Source: Bacteroidota bacterium
Lineage (GTDB): Bacteria; Bacteroidota; Bacteroidia; UKL13-3
NCBI GenBank assembly: GCA_947446605.1
Contig: CANFHJ010000002.1
Coordinates: 2,203-66,202, forward strand
Reading direction: 5' to 3'
Length of the DNA: 64,000 nucleotides
Shown here: piece after piece, positions 48,648 to 60,011 of the stretch
How positions within the stretch are numbered: the stretch's first letter is position 1
Layout of the letters: each line of letters begins with the position of its first letter
Notes under the pieces: generated by a model
The model's database searches: none
Seen by the model: the letters and a program-made list of their open reading frames with translations, nothing else
Told to the model about the DNA's origin: nothing
Made by a program: the position numbers and the translations under genes

Positions 48648-51008
48648 TTACTTAACAATAAAAGATTGGTTGATACTTCTTATTTGGTCTTGGTAAACCA
48701 AAATATAGTTGCCTTTTGTCCAATTTGCCGTTTGAAATTGAAAAGCATTTGCCGTTTTTCCAATTTGAAATTGCTCAATTAACACACCGTTCATATTATA
48801 TATAGTAATACTAGCATGACTGTGAAACTCCGGTAATTCAATTGTTACAAGGTCTTCAGTTGGATTTGGAAATATTTTTAAACTACCTGAATTTTCTGAA
48901 TATCCTTTTATTCCTGCAGAGAAATCATAATATCCAAATGCGTAATCACCGCGTCTTAAATTATTAATCCAAAACCGACCTGTTTTGTCGGTTTTACTTG
49001 GGCCCATTTGTTTGGTTAAATCTGTTTCAACTTCAAAGGCTGTTAAAGGGTTTGGGCGGTATAATAAAACCAAACTGTCTTCAGATCCAGTAATTAATTC
49101 ATTGTCGAGGTGACCAGCAGTTTTACTAGTAATTGTGCCATCATAATTAAAAAATGCGCTTGATTTAAACGCAACCCAAGAACCATCTACATGCCAAAAA
49201 CGCTCATTAGAAACTCTAATTCCTTTGGGCTGAAGCTTAGGATCAACATAAGGTCCAGCAAAATGGTGCTGAATAGCCACCCAATTAGAATCAATATTAT
49301 TTTGAACTGTAATGCTTACGAGTGCGTTTGAAAAAGTTTGCAATCCAGTTCCGTAAATCCATTTTTGATCATGCGTTGTGGCTGTCATCATTCCAAGCAC
49401 GTTATCGCCAATGGTACTTAAACTAGAGAAATTTATGCCTTCGGCAATTATAGCATAATACCTTCCATCTGAATTTCTATGAAACACCAATTGCACAGGA
49501 CTAGGGGTATTACCAATAAAGGCACTTTTTATGGTTGTAATAGGCAGGTCTATAGGCAAGAATGTTTTATAACGCGACATGGCACGTGCCCATATTTTAA
49601 TGGAAGGACCAGAAGTTTCTACTGACTCCATTTGGAGATCGATATTACCTTTGTCGTATATATAGCAATTAAAAAAATCGTTTATACGCGAACCAAACCT
49701 TTGTGCAAAATGCGCTTGTAAATCTGCTGAGCTGGCTGTTTTAAAACTGTATTTGGCTATATAGGATTTACAGGTATTAAAAAACGCAGTGTCGTTGTTT
49801 ATTAATATGCGCAAGCTATGAACCATTAAGGATCCTTTTGTATAAACATGTGTGCCATAGGTTTGTGCTAAGGGAACGCCCGACACAGGTAAATAGGCGC
49901 CATCTCTTGGTTTAGCCCAACGCAAAGCTTCAAAAAGTTCACTACTTATTTTTTCATCATAAGCTTTTCTGCCATAAACACATTCCAAAAACAAGGCTTC
50001 GCAGTAGCTTGCCCAACCTTCGTTAAGCCACATATCCTCAGCAGTTTGCGTTGTTACAAGATTTCCCCACCAATGATGAGATAGTTCGTGTGCAAATAAT
50101 GTTTCATAAGTTGTACTACCATCAACAGCATAAAGCGGATAGGAAATATTACCTGCATGTTCCATTGCACCTGAGGTGAAAGGAACGCCAACGTAGCCAA
50201 CTCTATCAAATTCATAAGGTCCAAAATGTGCCTCAAAACATTGTAAGGCATTGTTTAACTTGGCAAAAGAGGCAATCACTGCAGGAGTATCCTTTGCTTG
50301 TACAGCTAAAGTTATTGGAATATCTCTTTTTATTCCATGGAAAATTTGGTTTACCAAAACATAATTACTTACGGCTACATTTGCTATGTAAGTAGGTATT
50401 TCCTGACTTAAATTCCAATGCCAGGTAATGCCATTGTTAGCCGCTGGCGTGGCCGGTGATTGAATGCCATTACAAACTGCCATGAAACCAGAATCGGTGC
50501 TTATATGAAACTCATAAGTGGCTTTATCTGTAAAATTATCTATACAAGGAAACCAACACCTACCAAAATTTGGTGGATTAGAAGCCATGCCAACGCCCAT
50601 GTTATAGGCGTAATTTCCAGTAAAATAGAATCCTCCCCAACGGGCGTCAATACTTGGGGAGCCGGCATAGGTTATTTTTAGTTGGAGGCTATCGCCAGTT
50701 TGAAAAGTTTGAGAAAAATTTATTTGTACCGTTGAATCTGTTTGCGAAAAATTTGCAGGCAAATTATTGCATAAAATTTCACTCACAGGAAGTTTTAAAA
50801 GGTCGATGCTAATTGACTTGGTATTGGCAAATTTGGCACGACAATTAATAGTGCTTGTTCCGGAAATTTGTTTTGAAGCAATATTTCTAATTGAGCATTC
50901 AATTTTATAGTGTAAAACATCCACAGAATCAATGCGTTCGGCATTAATTTGAAATGGGTTGAGCAATAATAAAATGGCACCTAAGATGGGGGATAAATAC
51001 TTTTGCAT
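48648..51008 (-). CDS. M1 family aminopeptidase with T9SS type A C-terminal sorting domain
   Basis: HELSHHWWGN...WLNEGWASY (HEXXH-18-E). The C-terminal ~80 aa (LKIFPNPTEDLVTIEL...) form a Por-secretion tail. ATG at 51008 (MQKYLSPILGAILLLL signal peptide) is preferred over 51116. Confidence 0.8.
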   Translation of the reverse strand: MQKYLSPILGAILLLLNPFQINAERIDSVDVLHYKIECSIRNIASKQISGTSTINCRAKFANTKSISIDLLKLPVSEILCNNLPANFSQTDSTVQINFSQTFQTGDSLQLKITYAGSPSIDARWGGFYFTGNYAYNMGVGMASNPPNFGRCWFPCIDNFTDKATYEFHISTDSGFMAVCNGIQSPATPAANNGITWHWNLSQEIPTYIANVAVSNYVLVNQIFHGIKRDIPITLAVQAKDTPAVIASFAKLNNALQCFEAHFGPYEFDRVGYVGVPFTSGAMEHAGNISYPLYAVDGSTTYETLFAHELSHHWWGNLVTTQTAEDMWLNEGWASYCEALFLECVYGRKAYDEKISSELFEALRWAKPRDGAYLPVSGVPLAQTYGTHVYTKGSLMVHSLRILINNDTAFFNTCKSYIAKYSFKTASSADLQAHFAQRFGSRINDFFNCYIYDKGNIDLQMESVETSGPSIKIWARAMSRYKTFLPIDLPITTIKSAFIGNTPSPVQLVFHRNSDGRYYAIIAEGINFSSLSTIGDNVLGMMTATTHDQKWIYGTGLQTFSNALVSITVQNNIDSNWVAIQHHFAGPYVDPKLQPKGIRVSNERFWHVDGSWVAFKSSAFFNYDGTITSKTAGHLDNELITGSEDSLVLLYRPNPLTAFEVETDLTKQMGPSKTDKTGRFWINNLRRGDYAFGYYDFSAGIKGYSENSGSLKIFPNPTEDLVTIELPEFHSHASITIYNMNGVLIEQFQIGKTANAFQFQTANWTKGNYILVYQDQIRSINQSFIVK

Positions 51009-51207
51009 ATAGTTCCAAAGGTAAGAGAAAAAAATGAGCAATTTCTTATCCACAAATTGCCATTTTTTTGTGGGAATTTTATGCCCAAAAATCGCCCAGA
51101 ATGCTATATTTTGCAATGGTTATTATATCTCTTGTACATGCTAAAGAATCTAAATGATTTGATTGGCATTATAAAAGAGAAAAATAGCAGAAAAATCACC
51201 AAAGAAT

Positions 51208-53829
51208 ATGGCAGAAGATAGAATTATACAAATTAACATTGAAGATGAAATGAAAACCGCCTACATCGATTATTCGATGTCGGTAATTGTAAGTAGGGCA
51301 TTGCCTGATGTGCGAGATGGTTTAAAGCCTGTACACCGCCGTGTTTTATACGGTATGACGGAGTTAGGTTTGGCTTCAAACAGAGCGCATAAAAAATCCG
51401 CTCGTATTGTTGGGGAAGTTTTGGGTAAGTATCACCCACATGGCGACTCCTCTGTTTATGATACCATGGTGCGTATGGCCCAAGAATGGAACATGCGTTA
51501 CATGTTGGTAGACGGACAAGGAAACTTTGGTTCTGTAGATGGTGATCCACCAGCAGCAATGCGTTATACAGAAGCACGTTTGCGCAAAATGGCCGAAGAG
51601 TTATTGACTGATATTGACAAAAACACAGTTGATTTTCGACCAAACTTTGATGATAGCTTAACAGAACCTACTGTTTTACCTTCAAAGGTTCCGAACCTAT
51701 TGATGAATGGTGCAGCGGGTATTGCTGTAGGTATGGCAACCAATATGGCACCTCATAATTTAACTGAGTGTGTGGATGGTATTCAAGCCTACATTGACAA
51801 TAGGGATATAACTATTCCTGAATTAATGAAATACATTAAGGCGCCAGATTTTCCAACAGGCGGTACAATTTATGGTTATGAAGGTGTAAAAAATGCTTTT
51901 GAAACAGGTAGAGGTAGAATTGTAATGCGTGCGAAAGCTGGTTTTGAAACTAGCAAAACTGGTAAAGATCAAATTGTAGTAAATGAAATTCCTTACCAAG
52001 TAAATAAAGCAACTCTTATTAAACAAATTGCCGATTTAGTAAATGAAAAGGTAATTGAAGGTATTAGTGATGTAAGGGATGAGAGTGATAGAGATGGAAT
52101 GCGCATGGTATTTGATTTGAAACGCGATGCTGTTCCTAATGTAGTATTGAATAAGCTATATAAATTCTCTCAACTTCAAACATCTTTTAGTGTAAACAAT
52201 GTGGCTTTGGTAAAAGGTCGCCCAGAAATGTTGAACCTAAAAGACTTAATAGTTCATTTTGTTGAGCACCGTCATGTAGTTATTGTTCGCAGAACCCAAT
52301 TTGATTTGGAAGAAGCGCAAAAACGTGCACATATATTAGAAGGTTTATTAATTGCTTTGGATCATTTAGACCAAGTAATTGCTTTGATCCGCAAATCGCG
52401 TACGCCAGATGAGGCAAAAAGTGGTTTAATGGAGAATTTTAAATTGTCTGATATCCAAGCAAAAGCCATTCTTGATATGCGTTTACAAAGACTTACAGGT
52501 CTTGAACGCGATAAAATCAAAGAAGAATTTGCCCAAATCATGGAATTAATAGGCAGGTTGCAAGAAATACTTTCAAATGAGCCATTGCGCATGCAGATCA
52601 TTAAGGATGAATTGGCTGAAATGAAAGAAAAGTATGGTGATCAGCGCAGAAGTGTAATTGAAATGGTGGGTAATGAAATGAGTATGGAAGACTTAATTCC
52701 AGATGAAGAAGTGGTTATTACCATTTCACATTTGGGTTATGTAAAACGTACCTCATTAAACGAATACAGAACTCAGGCCCGCGGCGGTAGAGGAAGTAGA
52801 GGTGTTGCCAAACGTCAAGAAGACTTTGTAGAGCACATCTTTATGGCTACCAATCACAATTACCTCTTGTTGTTTACAGAACAGGGAAGATGTTTCTGGT
52901 TGCGCGTTTTTGAAATTCCTGAAGGAGAAAAAACCAGTAAAGGAAGAGCAATTCAAAACTTAATAAATATTCCTGTGGATGATAAGGTGAAAGCCTTCTT
53001 ATGCGTAAAAACATTAAGCGATCCAGAATATTTAAGCACCTACAATGTGATTATGGTAACCCAAAAAGGAACCATTAAGAAAACAACTTTGGAAGCTTAT
53101 AGCCGCCCTAGAGCAAATGGTATCAACTCAATGAATGTGCGTGAAGGAGATACTTTGGTTGAAGCAAAATTAACCAATGGTACAAGTGAAATTATTATTG
53201 CCAGTAGAGAAGGTAAAGCCATTCGTTTCAATGAAAGTGGTGTTCGACCAATGGGTAGAAATGCAACAGGTGTGCGTGCTATTCGTTTGGCAGATGGCGA
53301 CGAAGTAATTGGAATGGTTTCAATTGCCGATCCAAAAGTTTCGAATGTTTTGGTGGTAAGTGAAAATGGTATGGGTAAACGTACCGAAGTGGAAGCATAC
53401 CGTATCACCAAACGTGGTGGCAAGGGTGTAATGGCCATGAATGTTACTGATAAAACAGGTAAACTGGTATCTATAAAGGATGTGGATGATACCAATGATA
53501 TCATGATTATTAATAAGAGTGGAATTACTATTCGCTTAAGCGTTAGTTCATTGCGCGTATTAGGCAGGGTAACACAAGGGGTAAGGTTAATTAATATTGG
53601 TGGTAAAGATGAAATTGCCAGCGTAGCTAAAATTAACTATATCCCAGGTGAAGAAGAAGGAGAAGGAGAGGGCGAACCAGAAGAAGGAGAAATTGTTGAA
53701 GGGTTTGAGGTAATTGCCGGAACCGATAAAGACATAGAGGAACTTGGCGTAGAAATGCCTGAAGAGGAAGAAGACGAGGAGGAGGATATTGAAGAAGAGG
53801 ATGAGGAACAAACACCTCCAACAGAATAA
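51208..53829 (+). CDS. gyrA: DNA gyrase subunit A with long acidic C-terminal tail
   Basis: 873 aa with [17 protein letters not shown], active-site Tyr context [10 protein letters not shown] and a GyrA-box-like [10 protein letters not shown]. About half of the last 60 aa are Glu/Asp. Confidence 0.9.
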   Translation: MAEDRIIQINIEDEMKTAYIDYSMSVIVSRALPDVRDGLKPVHRRVLYGMTELGLASNRAHKKSARIVGEVLGKYHPHGDSSVYDTMVRMAQEWNMRYMLVDGQGNFGSVDGDPPAAMRYTEARLRKMAEELLTDIDKNTVDFRPNFDDSLTEPTVLPSKVPNLLMNGAAGIAVGMATNMAPHNLTECVDGIQAYIDNRDITIPELMKYIKAPDFPTGGTIYGYEGVKNAFETGRGRIVMRAKAGFETSKTGKDQIVVNEIPYQVNKATLIKQIADLVNEKVIEGISDVRDESDRDGMRMVFDLKRDAVPNVVLNKLYKFSQLQTSFSVNNVALVKGRPEMLNLKDLIVHFVEHRHVVIVRRTQFDLEEAQKRAHILEGLLIALDHLDQVIALIRKSRTPDEAKSGLMENFKLSDIQAKAILDMRLQRLTGLERDKIKEEFAQIMELIGRLQEILSNEPLRMQIIKDELAEMKEKYGDQRRSVIEMVGNEMSMEDLIPDEEVVITISHLGYVKRTSLNEYRTQARGGRGSRGVAKRQEDFVEHIFMATNHNYLLLFTEQGRCFWLRVFEIPEGEKTSKGRAIQNLINIPVDDKVKAFLCVKTLSDPEYLSTYNVIMVTQKGTIKKTTLEAYSRPRANGINSMNVREGDTLVEAKLTNGTSEIIIASREGKAIRFNESGVRPMGRNATGVRAIRLADGDEVIGMVSIADPKVSNVLVVSENGMGKRTEVEAYRITKRGGKGVMAMNVTDKTGKLVSIKDVDDTNDIMIINKSGITIRLSVSSLRVLGRVTQGVRLINIGGKDEIASVAKINYIPGEEEGEGEGEPEEGEIVEGFEVIAGTDKDIEELGVEMPEEEEDEEEDIEEEDEEQTPPTE

Positions 53830-53831
53830 TC

Positions 53832-53868
53832 AAAAAGCTCCGGAGATTTTCTTCGGAGCTTTTTTTTC
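53832..53868 (+). terminator. rho-independent terminator after gyrA
   Basis: AGCTCCG (53836-53842) / CGGAGCT (53854-53860) followed by T7. Confidence 0.8.
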
Positions 53869-53944
53869 CTTTTTTGCCGAACCTAAATTGGTTCAAAACG
53901 AATGAATTTAATTTATTAATTTTCCCAATAATTAATCCCAAAAA

Positions 53945-54958
53945 TTGTCGCGTTTTACACTTTGTATCTTGTTGATTTTACTGCAACTTTTATCTAAAAG
54001 TGGCTTGTCGCAGTATGCGCCACAGGTTGGTATTATTGGCACTACAGCAATTCATGCAGATAGCAGCATCATTGGTTTATGGGCAACAGATGTGGTAAAA
54101 TACAAATTGGGTTATAAAGATATTTCAGACACAAGTTTGGGCTTGGCTTTAGTTGGCACACCAGATTTTGCCATTGGAAAAACAGACCACACGACATTTA
54201 GTTTGGGTGATGCAGGATCTATTGAATTGACATTTGATCATGAAATTTATAATGGGCCAGGACCAGATTTTGTGGTTTTTGAAAATGGTTTTTCATTTGG
54301 TGGCGATTCTACCTTTTTGGAATTGGCATTTGTTGAAGTGGCAGATACAAGCGGAAATTTCGTGAGATTTCCTGCAAATAGCTTAACAGACACCAATTTT
54401 CAAGTAGGCGCATTTGGAAGCGTTAATGCCAGTAAAATAAATAACCTTGCTGGCAAATACATAGGAAATTACGGTACGCCGTTTGATTTGGAGGATTTAA
54501 AGAACATCCCAAATCTAAATCTTGGGCATATTCAAAAAATAAAAATCATTGATGTGGTAGGAAGCCTTCAGCAAGATTTTGCTTCAAAGGATGCCAATGG
54601 ACGAAAGATCAATGATCCATGGCCAACGCCATTTGCATCTGGTGGATTTGATTTAGATGCTGTTGGCATAATTAACTACGTGCTTAAAACGAATACAACG
54701 CAATTTAATTCCACTCAATTTACAGTATTTCCAAATCCAATAAATGAGAATGCAGAAATGAGGGTACAGGGAAATTTGCCAGTAAGCTATTACCAAATTT
54801 ATGATGTGCTGGGAAATGAAATTTGTCGTACTGATTTTATTTCAGCTGAAACAAATTATAAAATTATTGCACCTCATAAAGCCGGAATTTATTTTATTCA
54901 TATTGTATCAGCAGGAGCAATTTATGTTCAGAAGTTTGTGGTTCATTCATTGAATTAA
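53945..54958 (+). CDS. exported protein with T9SS type A C-terminal sorting domain
   Basis: 337 aa with a TTG start and signal peptide (CILLILLQLLSKSGLSQ). The C-terminus FTVFPNPINENAEMRVQG...IYFIHIVS is a Por-secretion-tail pattern. Confidence 0.55.
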   Translation: MSRFTLCILLILLQLLSKSGLSQYAPQVGIIGTTAIHADSSIIGLWATDVVKYKLGYKDISDTSLGLALVGTPDFAIGKTDHTTFSLGDAGSIELTFDHEIYNGPGPDFVVFENGFSFGGDSTFLELAFVEVADTSGNFVRFPANSLTDTNFQVGAFGSVNASKINNLAGKYIGNYGTPFDLEDLKNIPNLNLGHIQKIKIIDVVGSLQQDFASKDANGRKINDPWPTPFASGGFDLDAVGIINYVLKTNTTQFNSTQFTVFPNPINENAEMRVQGNLPVSYYQIYDVLGNEICRTDFISAETNYKIIAPHKAGIYFIHIVSAGAIYVQKFVVHSLN

Positions 54959-55150
54959 TAGGCAATTATCAGCTAAAAGTAATAAATCATATTGTTTATA
55001 ACATATTGTAAGACAAATCATTAGCTTACTATTTTGTCCTATAATTAATATTATGTTAAATAGAAATACAGATAAACCAGCACCAACTTTCACATAGACT
55101 TTACGCAGTTATCAATAATAATCCCCCCATTGTTTGGTTCGGTACTGGGC

Positions 55151-55180
55151 AAAAAAAAAATCCCCGACCAAAGCCGAGGA
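55151..55180 (-). terminator. rho-independent terminator of 55204..56589
   Basis: The minus-strand RNA reads UCCUCGGC-uuug-GUCGGGGA (8 bp including 2 G-U pairs) followed by U10. Confidence 0.65.
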
Positions 55181-55203
55181 TTTTATAATTGCTTATAATT
55201 CTA

Positions 55204-56589
55204 TTATTCGAAAGCTGCTCTCTTCTTTTTGGTTTCTATGGTAGCTTTTTCGTTTCCAAGATTAGCATAAACCTGTTGGATACTAAATAAAATATCTCTC
55301 ATGTATGCATATTTTTCTTTCTTCTTATCTGCAGTTTCTTCTCCCTTTTGCTCTGCAATTGCCAAAGCTTGGTTAAAGTAATTCAATGCCACAGTTAAAA
55401 TTTCATCCTTTTGCTTTTTCAAAGGATTGTATCTTTTATCGTATTCAGTTTGAGAGATATTACCAGGAATAGCATTGATTTTCTCAGCAAATTCAGTTGT
55501 TTTATTATTGGTTAAGGCTCCTAAATTGTAATAAGCATCAATATAATCGGGGTTTAACTCCACCACTTTTTTATAGTTTTCTTCAGCTTTGGCAGCAAAT
55601 TCTTTGCTCATAGCAACTTGATCATCGTATGCTTTTTGATATTTAGCAGCAGCAGTTGTATAGGCCGCTTTCTTTACTGGAACCTTTTCTATTAAAGCTT
55701 TCTTCTTTAATGTTGAAACAGTATCGCGGCTAAAACGTGCTTTCTTTAATTGGTCGTTTGAAAAACTTTCGTAAACATTTCCCCTTACATACAACAATTG
55801 CATGTCATCAGGGTTCATTTCAAGTGCTGCATTTAATTTGTCTAATAATACATCCTGACGACCCATTGCCAAGTAAATATTCAATTCCTGGTTAATTAAA
55901 TCCTTTTCGCTTGGGTATTTGGTTCTACCCAAATCCAGATATTTTAAGGCCCCTACTGTATCTTTTTCCTCTAAATAGATATTTACCATTTGCATATAAA
56001 TTAAATGGTCGTTGTAATCTAGGTCCATTAATTTTTGTATGTATTTCTTGGCGTGAGGATTATCATTTCCTTGAATTGAAGCATAAGCCATATTCAAATA
56101 GATATTCTTTTCAGAAAGATTATTGGTTTTTAATACGCTGTTATCGTCATAGGCAATTACATCCAAAACCATTTGATAGTAATTAAGTGCTCCGGCGTAA
56201 TCTTTTTTCTCGTAAGCAGAAATACCCTTATTCCAGCACATAAAAGCACTATTTAGAATGGCATTGTCTTTACAATAGTATGTGAAGCGCTTCTTAACAT
56301 CGCTTTCAATACACTTCTTACAACCATTAAAAAACTTTTCAGTTAAATCGGTATCTACTAATTTTTCAAAAGCGGGGTTTCTGTATACTGTATCCAAAAT
56401 AGCCACATAATAAAACCAAGCTTTAGGATCATCCTTGGTTTCTGGGTCAAGAATTGCTACTTCAATGGTTTTTTTAGCATCCTCTAATTCTCCATTTCTT
56501 AAATAGATAGCAGCACTTTCTACATTGCTTTTCTGTGCGAAGGCTTGTAAGCTCATGATGGCCAAGCCAATTAACAATAATTTTTTCAT
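55204..56589 (-). CDS. TPR repeat protein (exported)
   Basis: 461 aa with a signal peptide (LLLIGLAIMSLQAFAQ) and multiple TPR-like repeats (e.g. YAGALNYYQMVL, AYYNLGALTN). Confidence 0.6.
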   Translation of the reverse strand: MKKLLLIGLAIMSLQAFAQKSNVESAAIYLRNGELEDAKKTIEVAILDPETKDDPKAWFYYVAILDTVYRNPAFEKLVDTDLTEKFFNGCKKCIESDVKKRFTYYCKDNAILNSAFMCWNKGISAYEKKDYAGALNYYQMVLDVIAYDDNSVLKTNNLSEKNIYLNMAYASIQGNDNPHAKKYIQKLMDLDYNDHLIYMQMVNIYLEEKDTVGALKYLDLGRTKYPSEKDLINQELNIYLAMGRQDVLLDKLNAALEMNPDDMQLLYVRGNVYESFSNDQLKKARFSRDTVSTLKKKALIEKVPVKKAAYTTAAAKYQKAYDDQVAMSKEFAAKAEENYKKVVELNPDYIDAYYNLGALTNNKTTEFAEKINAIPGNISQTEYDKRYNPLKKQKDEILTVALNYFNQALAIAEQKGEETADKKKEKYAYMRDILFSIQQVYANLGNEKATIETKKKRAAFE

Positions 56590-56765
56590 CGTTTCAATTA
56601 TTAAAGGTTTTGAATATTTTTTCTAAAACACCAAGTACTTATTTTATTAGTCAGCATTTTTAAGAAAAGGTTCAATTTGCCTTTTGTATTTACAAACATA
56701 AGGCAAAACTATTTCGGGTTCAAGTTTTATACCAAGAATGCTATAAGAATAATACTAATTTGATG

Positions 56766-56804
56766 TAAAACGCAAAAGCCCCAGATAAATCTGAGGCTTT
56801 TGCG
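56766..56804 (-). terminator. terminator of the M16 peptidase gene
   Basis: 14-bp stem CGCAAAAGCCcCAG / CTGaGGCTTTTGCG with one mismatch. On the minus strand it is followed by UUUUA. Confidence 0.6.
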
Positions 56805-56825
56805 CTATTGAATAAAGTATTTTTA

Positions 56826-59726
56826 TTAGTTTCTTTCAGAGGTAGCTACTTCTACTTCTTTGTAATCTACTATTTTATAACCTAATTTCTCAATTGGTGC
56901 TTTAATTTTTTCTTTGTCGCCAACAATTAAGATAGTCATCTTTTCTGGTTGCAAAATTTCTTTTGCTAAGGCATTTATTTCTTCCTTGGTCAATGAATTA
57001 ATGGTTGCATTTTGCTGACGGATATAATCTTTTGGCAAATTGTATTCAATTAATCTATTAAAGAAACTGGCTTTTTGGAAATTGGTTTCATAACGTAAGG
57101 CATCACTTTGAGTAATTGAGTTCTTTAAGAATTCTAATTCTTCATCGTTAATTCCATTTGCTTTATAATTATTAACCTCATACATAATTTCTCTTAAAGC
57201 GCTATCTGTTGCAGATGTGCGAACACCGGTTGCAATGCGATACATACCTGGACGGTCTCTATAACCAGAATTACTTGAGGTAATTCCATAAGTGAATCCT
57301 TTGTCTTCACGCAAATTCAAGTTAAGACGGCTATTAAAACTACCACCTAAAGGATAGTTCATTGCATTTGTTTTAAAGTATTTACCATTCCAATCGTAGG
57401 TTTGACCTAAATTTCCAATACGAATTTCTGATTGTGCTGCCTTGTATTTATCTACCAACATTACTTGGTTACCTGTTGCAACTGCTGCTGCAGATGCTAC
57501 TACCGAAGGAATAACAACACCTTTTTTCTTCCAATTTTTCAAGAAATCCAACTTGCCCATAATTTCAGCTTCTGTTACATCTCCAACAATGGTAATAGTT
57601 GCAAAATCTGGCGCATAGAATTTGTCATAGAAGTTTTGAATGTCTTTAATGGTCATCACTTTTATTGATTTTAAAGTACCACTTACCGGCTCGGCAGCAA
57701 TAGTTTTACCATAAATCAATTTTGCAAAAGCTAAATCTGCCGTAGAGCCGGCATCATATTTTTGCGAGTTAATGTTTTGGTAGTTTTGTGATTGGTTCAA
57801 CTTAAATTCATCAACATTGAATTTAGGGTGCATTAATTTTTCTTCAACTAATTTCAAGGTAGCATCTAGGTTCTTTTTCATACAAATTACTTGCATGAAA
57901 TGATTGTCGGAACCCGCGCCAAAATTGATAGAACTACCCAATTTGTCTAATTCGTTTTCCATTTGCTCACTGGTATAATTTTGGGAAGCCTCCCCCATCA
58001 TATCAGCTGTTAAATTTGCCAATCCACTTTTAGCTGGATCACCAACGGCAATATTTCCACCTTTCATGTTTAATAAAATGGTAACCATTGGAGATTCTTT
58101 TGTTTCAGAACCAATTACCTTAATACCATTGTCCCAATTGGTAGTATAAAAACTAGGGATTTCGGTCAATTTAGCTGCTCCTGCAACAGGTCGTTTGCTT
58201 CTATCAAAGTTGTCTTTAGGAGCAGTATAACTAAGTCCTTTGTATTCCAATTCAGTTTTAACAGCAGTTCCAGAGCTTTGGGTCTCTTTGGCTTCTTCTT
58301 TGTTTGCTGCTGCATTTGCCTTTTTAGGGAATACATTTACCAAAGTATAATTTTTACCTTTAATGTATAGACGGAAAACGCGCATTACATCTTCTTTAGT
58401 TACTTTGTTATAACGTGCCAATTCATCAGATAAATTAAAATTCTTGTCTAAGCGAGGGTTACCGTGGCTTAAATACCAAGTTTGGCTCAATACGCTGGCT
58501 CTGCTAGCAATACTTTGCATACTTTGAATTATACCTGTTTCAAATTGTCCTTTGGCACGGTTCAAATCGTCATCACTTATACCCTTAGCATCAAACTCAT
58601 CTATGGCAGCCATAAAACCTTTTTCAATATCATTATCACCTTCAAAATTTGGCATGGCAACAAATATTACCCCAAATTCACCCGACAATTCATAACCGCT
58701 GTTAAACGATACAGCTTGAAAAGCTTTTTCAGGTTTTACAAAGTTTTTGTATAGGATGGAGTTGTTTCCACTACCTAAAACATAACCTAAAACATCTAAT
58801 GCCGCTTCATCTGGGTGATAATTTTTAACTGTTGGATAAGTAAATGCATACATAGGCGCAAATACATTGTCGCCATAATTTACATATTTATTGTCTGGCA
58901 ATCTAACTGGCTCAATTCTTTGTGCACGCACTTCTGGTCCTTTTGGAATTGGTCCAAAATACTTCTCGGTTAATTTAATAGCATCCGCTGCATTTACATC
59001 ACCGGAAATAACCACGCAAGCATTGTTTGGACCGTACCAACGCATAAAGAAGTTTTTTAAGTCATCTACGTTTACGCGATCCAAATCTTCCAAGTAGCCA
59101 ATTGTTGGCCAGCTGTATGGATGTCCTGTTGGATATAACGCAGCATCTTTAATTTCTTCTCTTTTACCGTAAGGAACATTGTCTATCCGTTGTCCTTTTT
59201 CATTTTTCACTGTAGCGCGTTGTACTTCAAATTTCTTTTGCGTTACAGAGTCTAATAGGAAACCCATACGATCTGCTTCTAGCCAAAGTGCAGTTTCAAG
59301 GTAATTAGAAGGCAATGTTTCAAAATAGTTTGTACGGTCGCGGTTGGTGGTACCATTCATTTGACCACCGGCACCTTGAACAATTTTAAAATGTTCTTCA
59401 TCTCTAACGTGAATAGAACCTTGAAACATCATGTGTTCAAAGAAATGCGCAAATCCAGATTTTCCTGGTGTTTCTCTTGCCGAACCTACGTGGTAGGTTA
59501 CTTCAACATGCACAATTGGATCTGAATGATCTTCATGAACAATAACGGTTAAACCGTTTGGCAAACGGTATTTTTTGTAAGAAATTTTCATCTCACCCGG
59601 AGTTGAAGTTACTTCTTCTAATAGAACAGTTTGGTTTGGGGCAACTGGCGCAGGTGTTTGGGCACTGCTTCTTTGAATGCCTAAAAGCATTGCAAAAGCT
59701 CCAGCTAAAAATAAACCTTTTTTCAT
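56826..59726 (-). CDS. M16 family (pitrilysin/insulinase-like) zinc peptidase, double-length
   Basis: 966 aa with a signal peptide and the inverted zinc motif HFFEHMMFQG. Length is consistent with fused active and inactive M16 halves. Confidence 0.85.
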   Translation of the reverse strand: MKKGLFLAGAFAMLLGIQRSSAQTPAPVAPNQTVLLEEVTSTPGEMKISYKKYRLPNGLTVIVHEDHSDPIVHVEVTYHVGSARETPGKSGFAHFFEHMMFQGSIHVRDEEHFKIVQGAGGQMNGTTNRDRTNYFETLPSNYLETALWLEADRMGFLLDSVTQKKFEVQRATVKNEKGQRIDNVPYGKREEIKDAALYPTGHPYSWPTIGYLEDLDRVNVDDLKNFFMRWYGPNNACVVISGDVNAADAIKLTEKYFGPIPKGPEVRAQRIEPVRLPDNKYVNYGDNVFAPMYAFTYPTVKNYHPDEAALDVLGYVLGSGNNSILYKNFVKPEKAFQAVSFNSGYELSGEFGVIFVAMPNFEGDNDIEKGFMAAIDEFDAKGISDDDLNRAKGQFETGIIQSMQSIASRASVLSQTWYLSHGNPRLDKNFNLSDELARYNKVTKEDVMRVFRLYIKGKNYTLVNVFPKKANAAANKEEAKETQSSGTAVKTELEYKGLSYTAPKDNFDRSKRPVAGAAKLTEIPSFYTTNWDNGIKVIGSETKESPMVTILLNMKGGNIAVGDPAKSGLANLTADMMGEASQNYTSEQMENELDKLGSSINFGAGSDNHFMQVICMKKNLDATLKLVEEKLMHPKFNVDEFKLNQSQNYQNINSQKYDAGSTADLAFAKLIYGKTIAAEPVSGTLKSIKVMTIKDIQNFYDKFYAPDFATITIVGDVTEAEIMGKLDFLKNWKKKGVVIPSVVASAAAVATGNQVMLVDKYKAAQSEIRIGNLGQTYDWNGKYFKTNAMNYPLGGSFNSRLNLNLREDKGFTYGITSSNSGYRDRPGMYRIATGVRTSATDSALREIMYEVNNYKANGINDEELEFLKNSITQSDALRYETNFQKASFFNRLIEYNLPKDYIRQQNATINSLTKEEINALAKEILQPEKMTILIVGDKEKIKAPIEKLGYKIVDYKEVEVATSERN

Positions 59727-60011
59727 TATGTTGATATTTTGATTAATGTTTAATTCTTTGGAATATTATAAAAAAACAAAAGAATACAATTTGCACTGTT
59801 AAATTTGTTTATGCTCGCAATTTAAGGACTTTCAGGTGAGTGCGACAAATTTTTTATTGAAAGTTTTTGTCTTTTTATAGACGATTTTGATTTTAGTTAT
59901 GTTTATAAATAGACTATTTTAATAAAATGTGTAAAAATATGAATTCACATTTTATAATATTACTTGCATTCTCTTAAAAGCTTCTTATTTTCGCCTCAAG
60001 AACTAAATACC

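Noticed and set aside
51046-51054. Perfect DnaA-box consensus TTATCCACA in the M1 peptidase / gyrA divergent intergenic region, as a possible oriC
   Set aside because: It is a single box. About one occurrence is expected by chance in 64 kb on two strands at this composition. I saw no cluster of boxes or an adjacent AT-rich unwinding element.
53640-53830. GAA/GAG-rich repetitive DNA as a possible tandem repeat or CRISPR-like array
   Set aside because: It is in-frame coding sequence for the acidic GyrA tail. There are no regular repeat-spacer units.
51233-53941. Minus-strand ORFs 51233..51643, 51823..52026, 52362..52601, 52756..52956, 53097..53504, 53587..53811 and 53633..53941
   Set aside because: All are antisense to gyrA or run through its terminator. 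Their composition is low-complexity or Leu/Ser/Phe-rich, as expected for shadow frames.
59545-59557. ACGGTTAAACCGT, an odd-length palindrome resembling the iterated motif with the central CG replaced by A
   Set aside because: It is a single occurrence inside the M16 gene in AT-rich DNA. I cannot distinguish it from chance.
59727-60011. Long AT-rich leader before the DUF6580-like membrane protein gene as a possible riboswitch
   Set aside because: I could not find conserved riboswitch cores (for example cobalamin or TPP boxes) or stable GC-rich helices. It is most simply a divergent promoter region.
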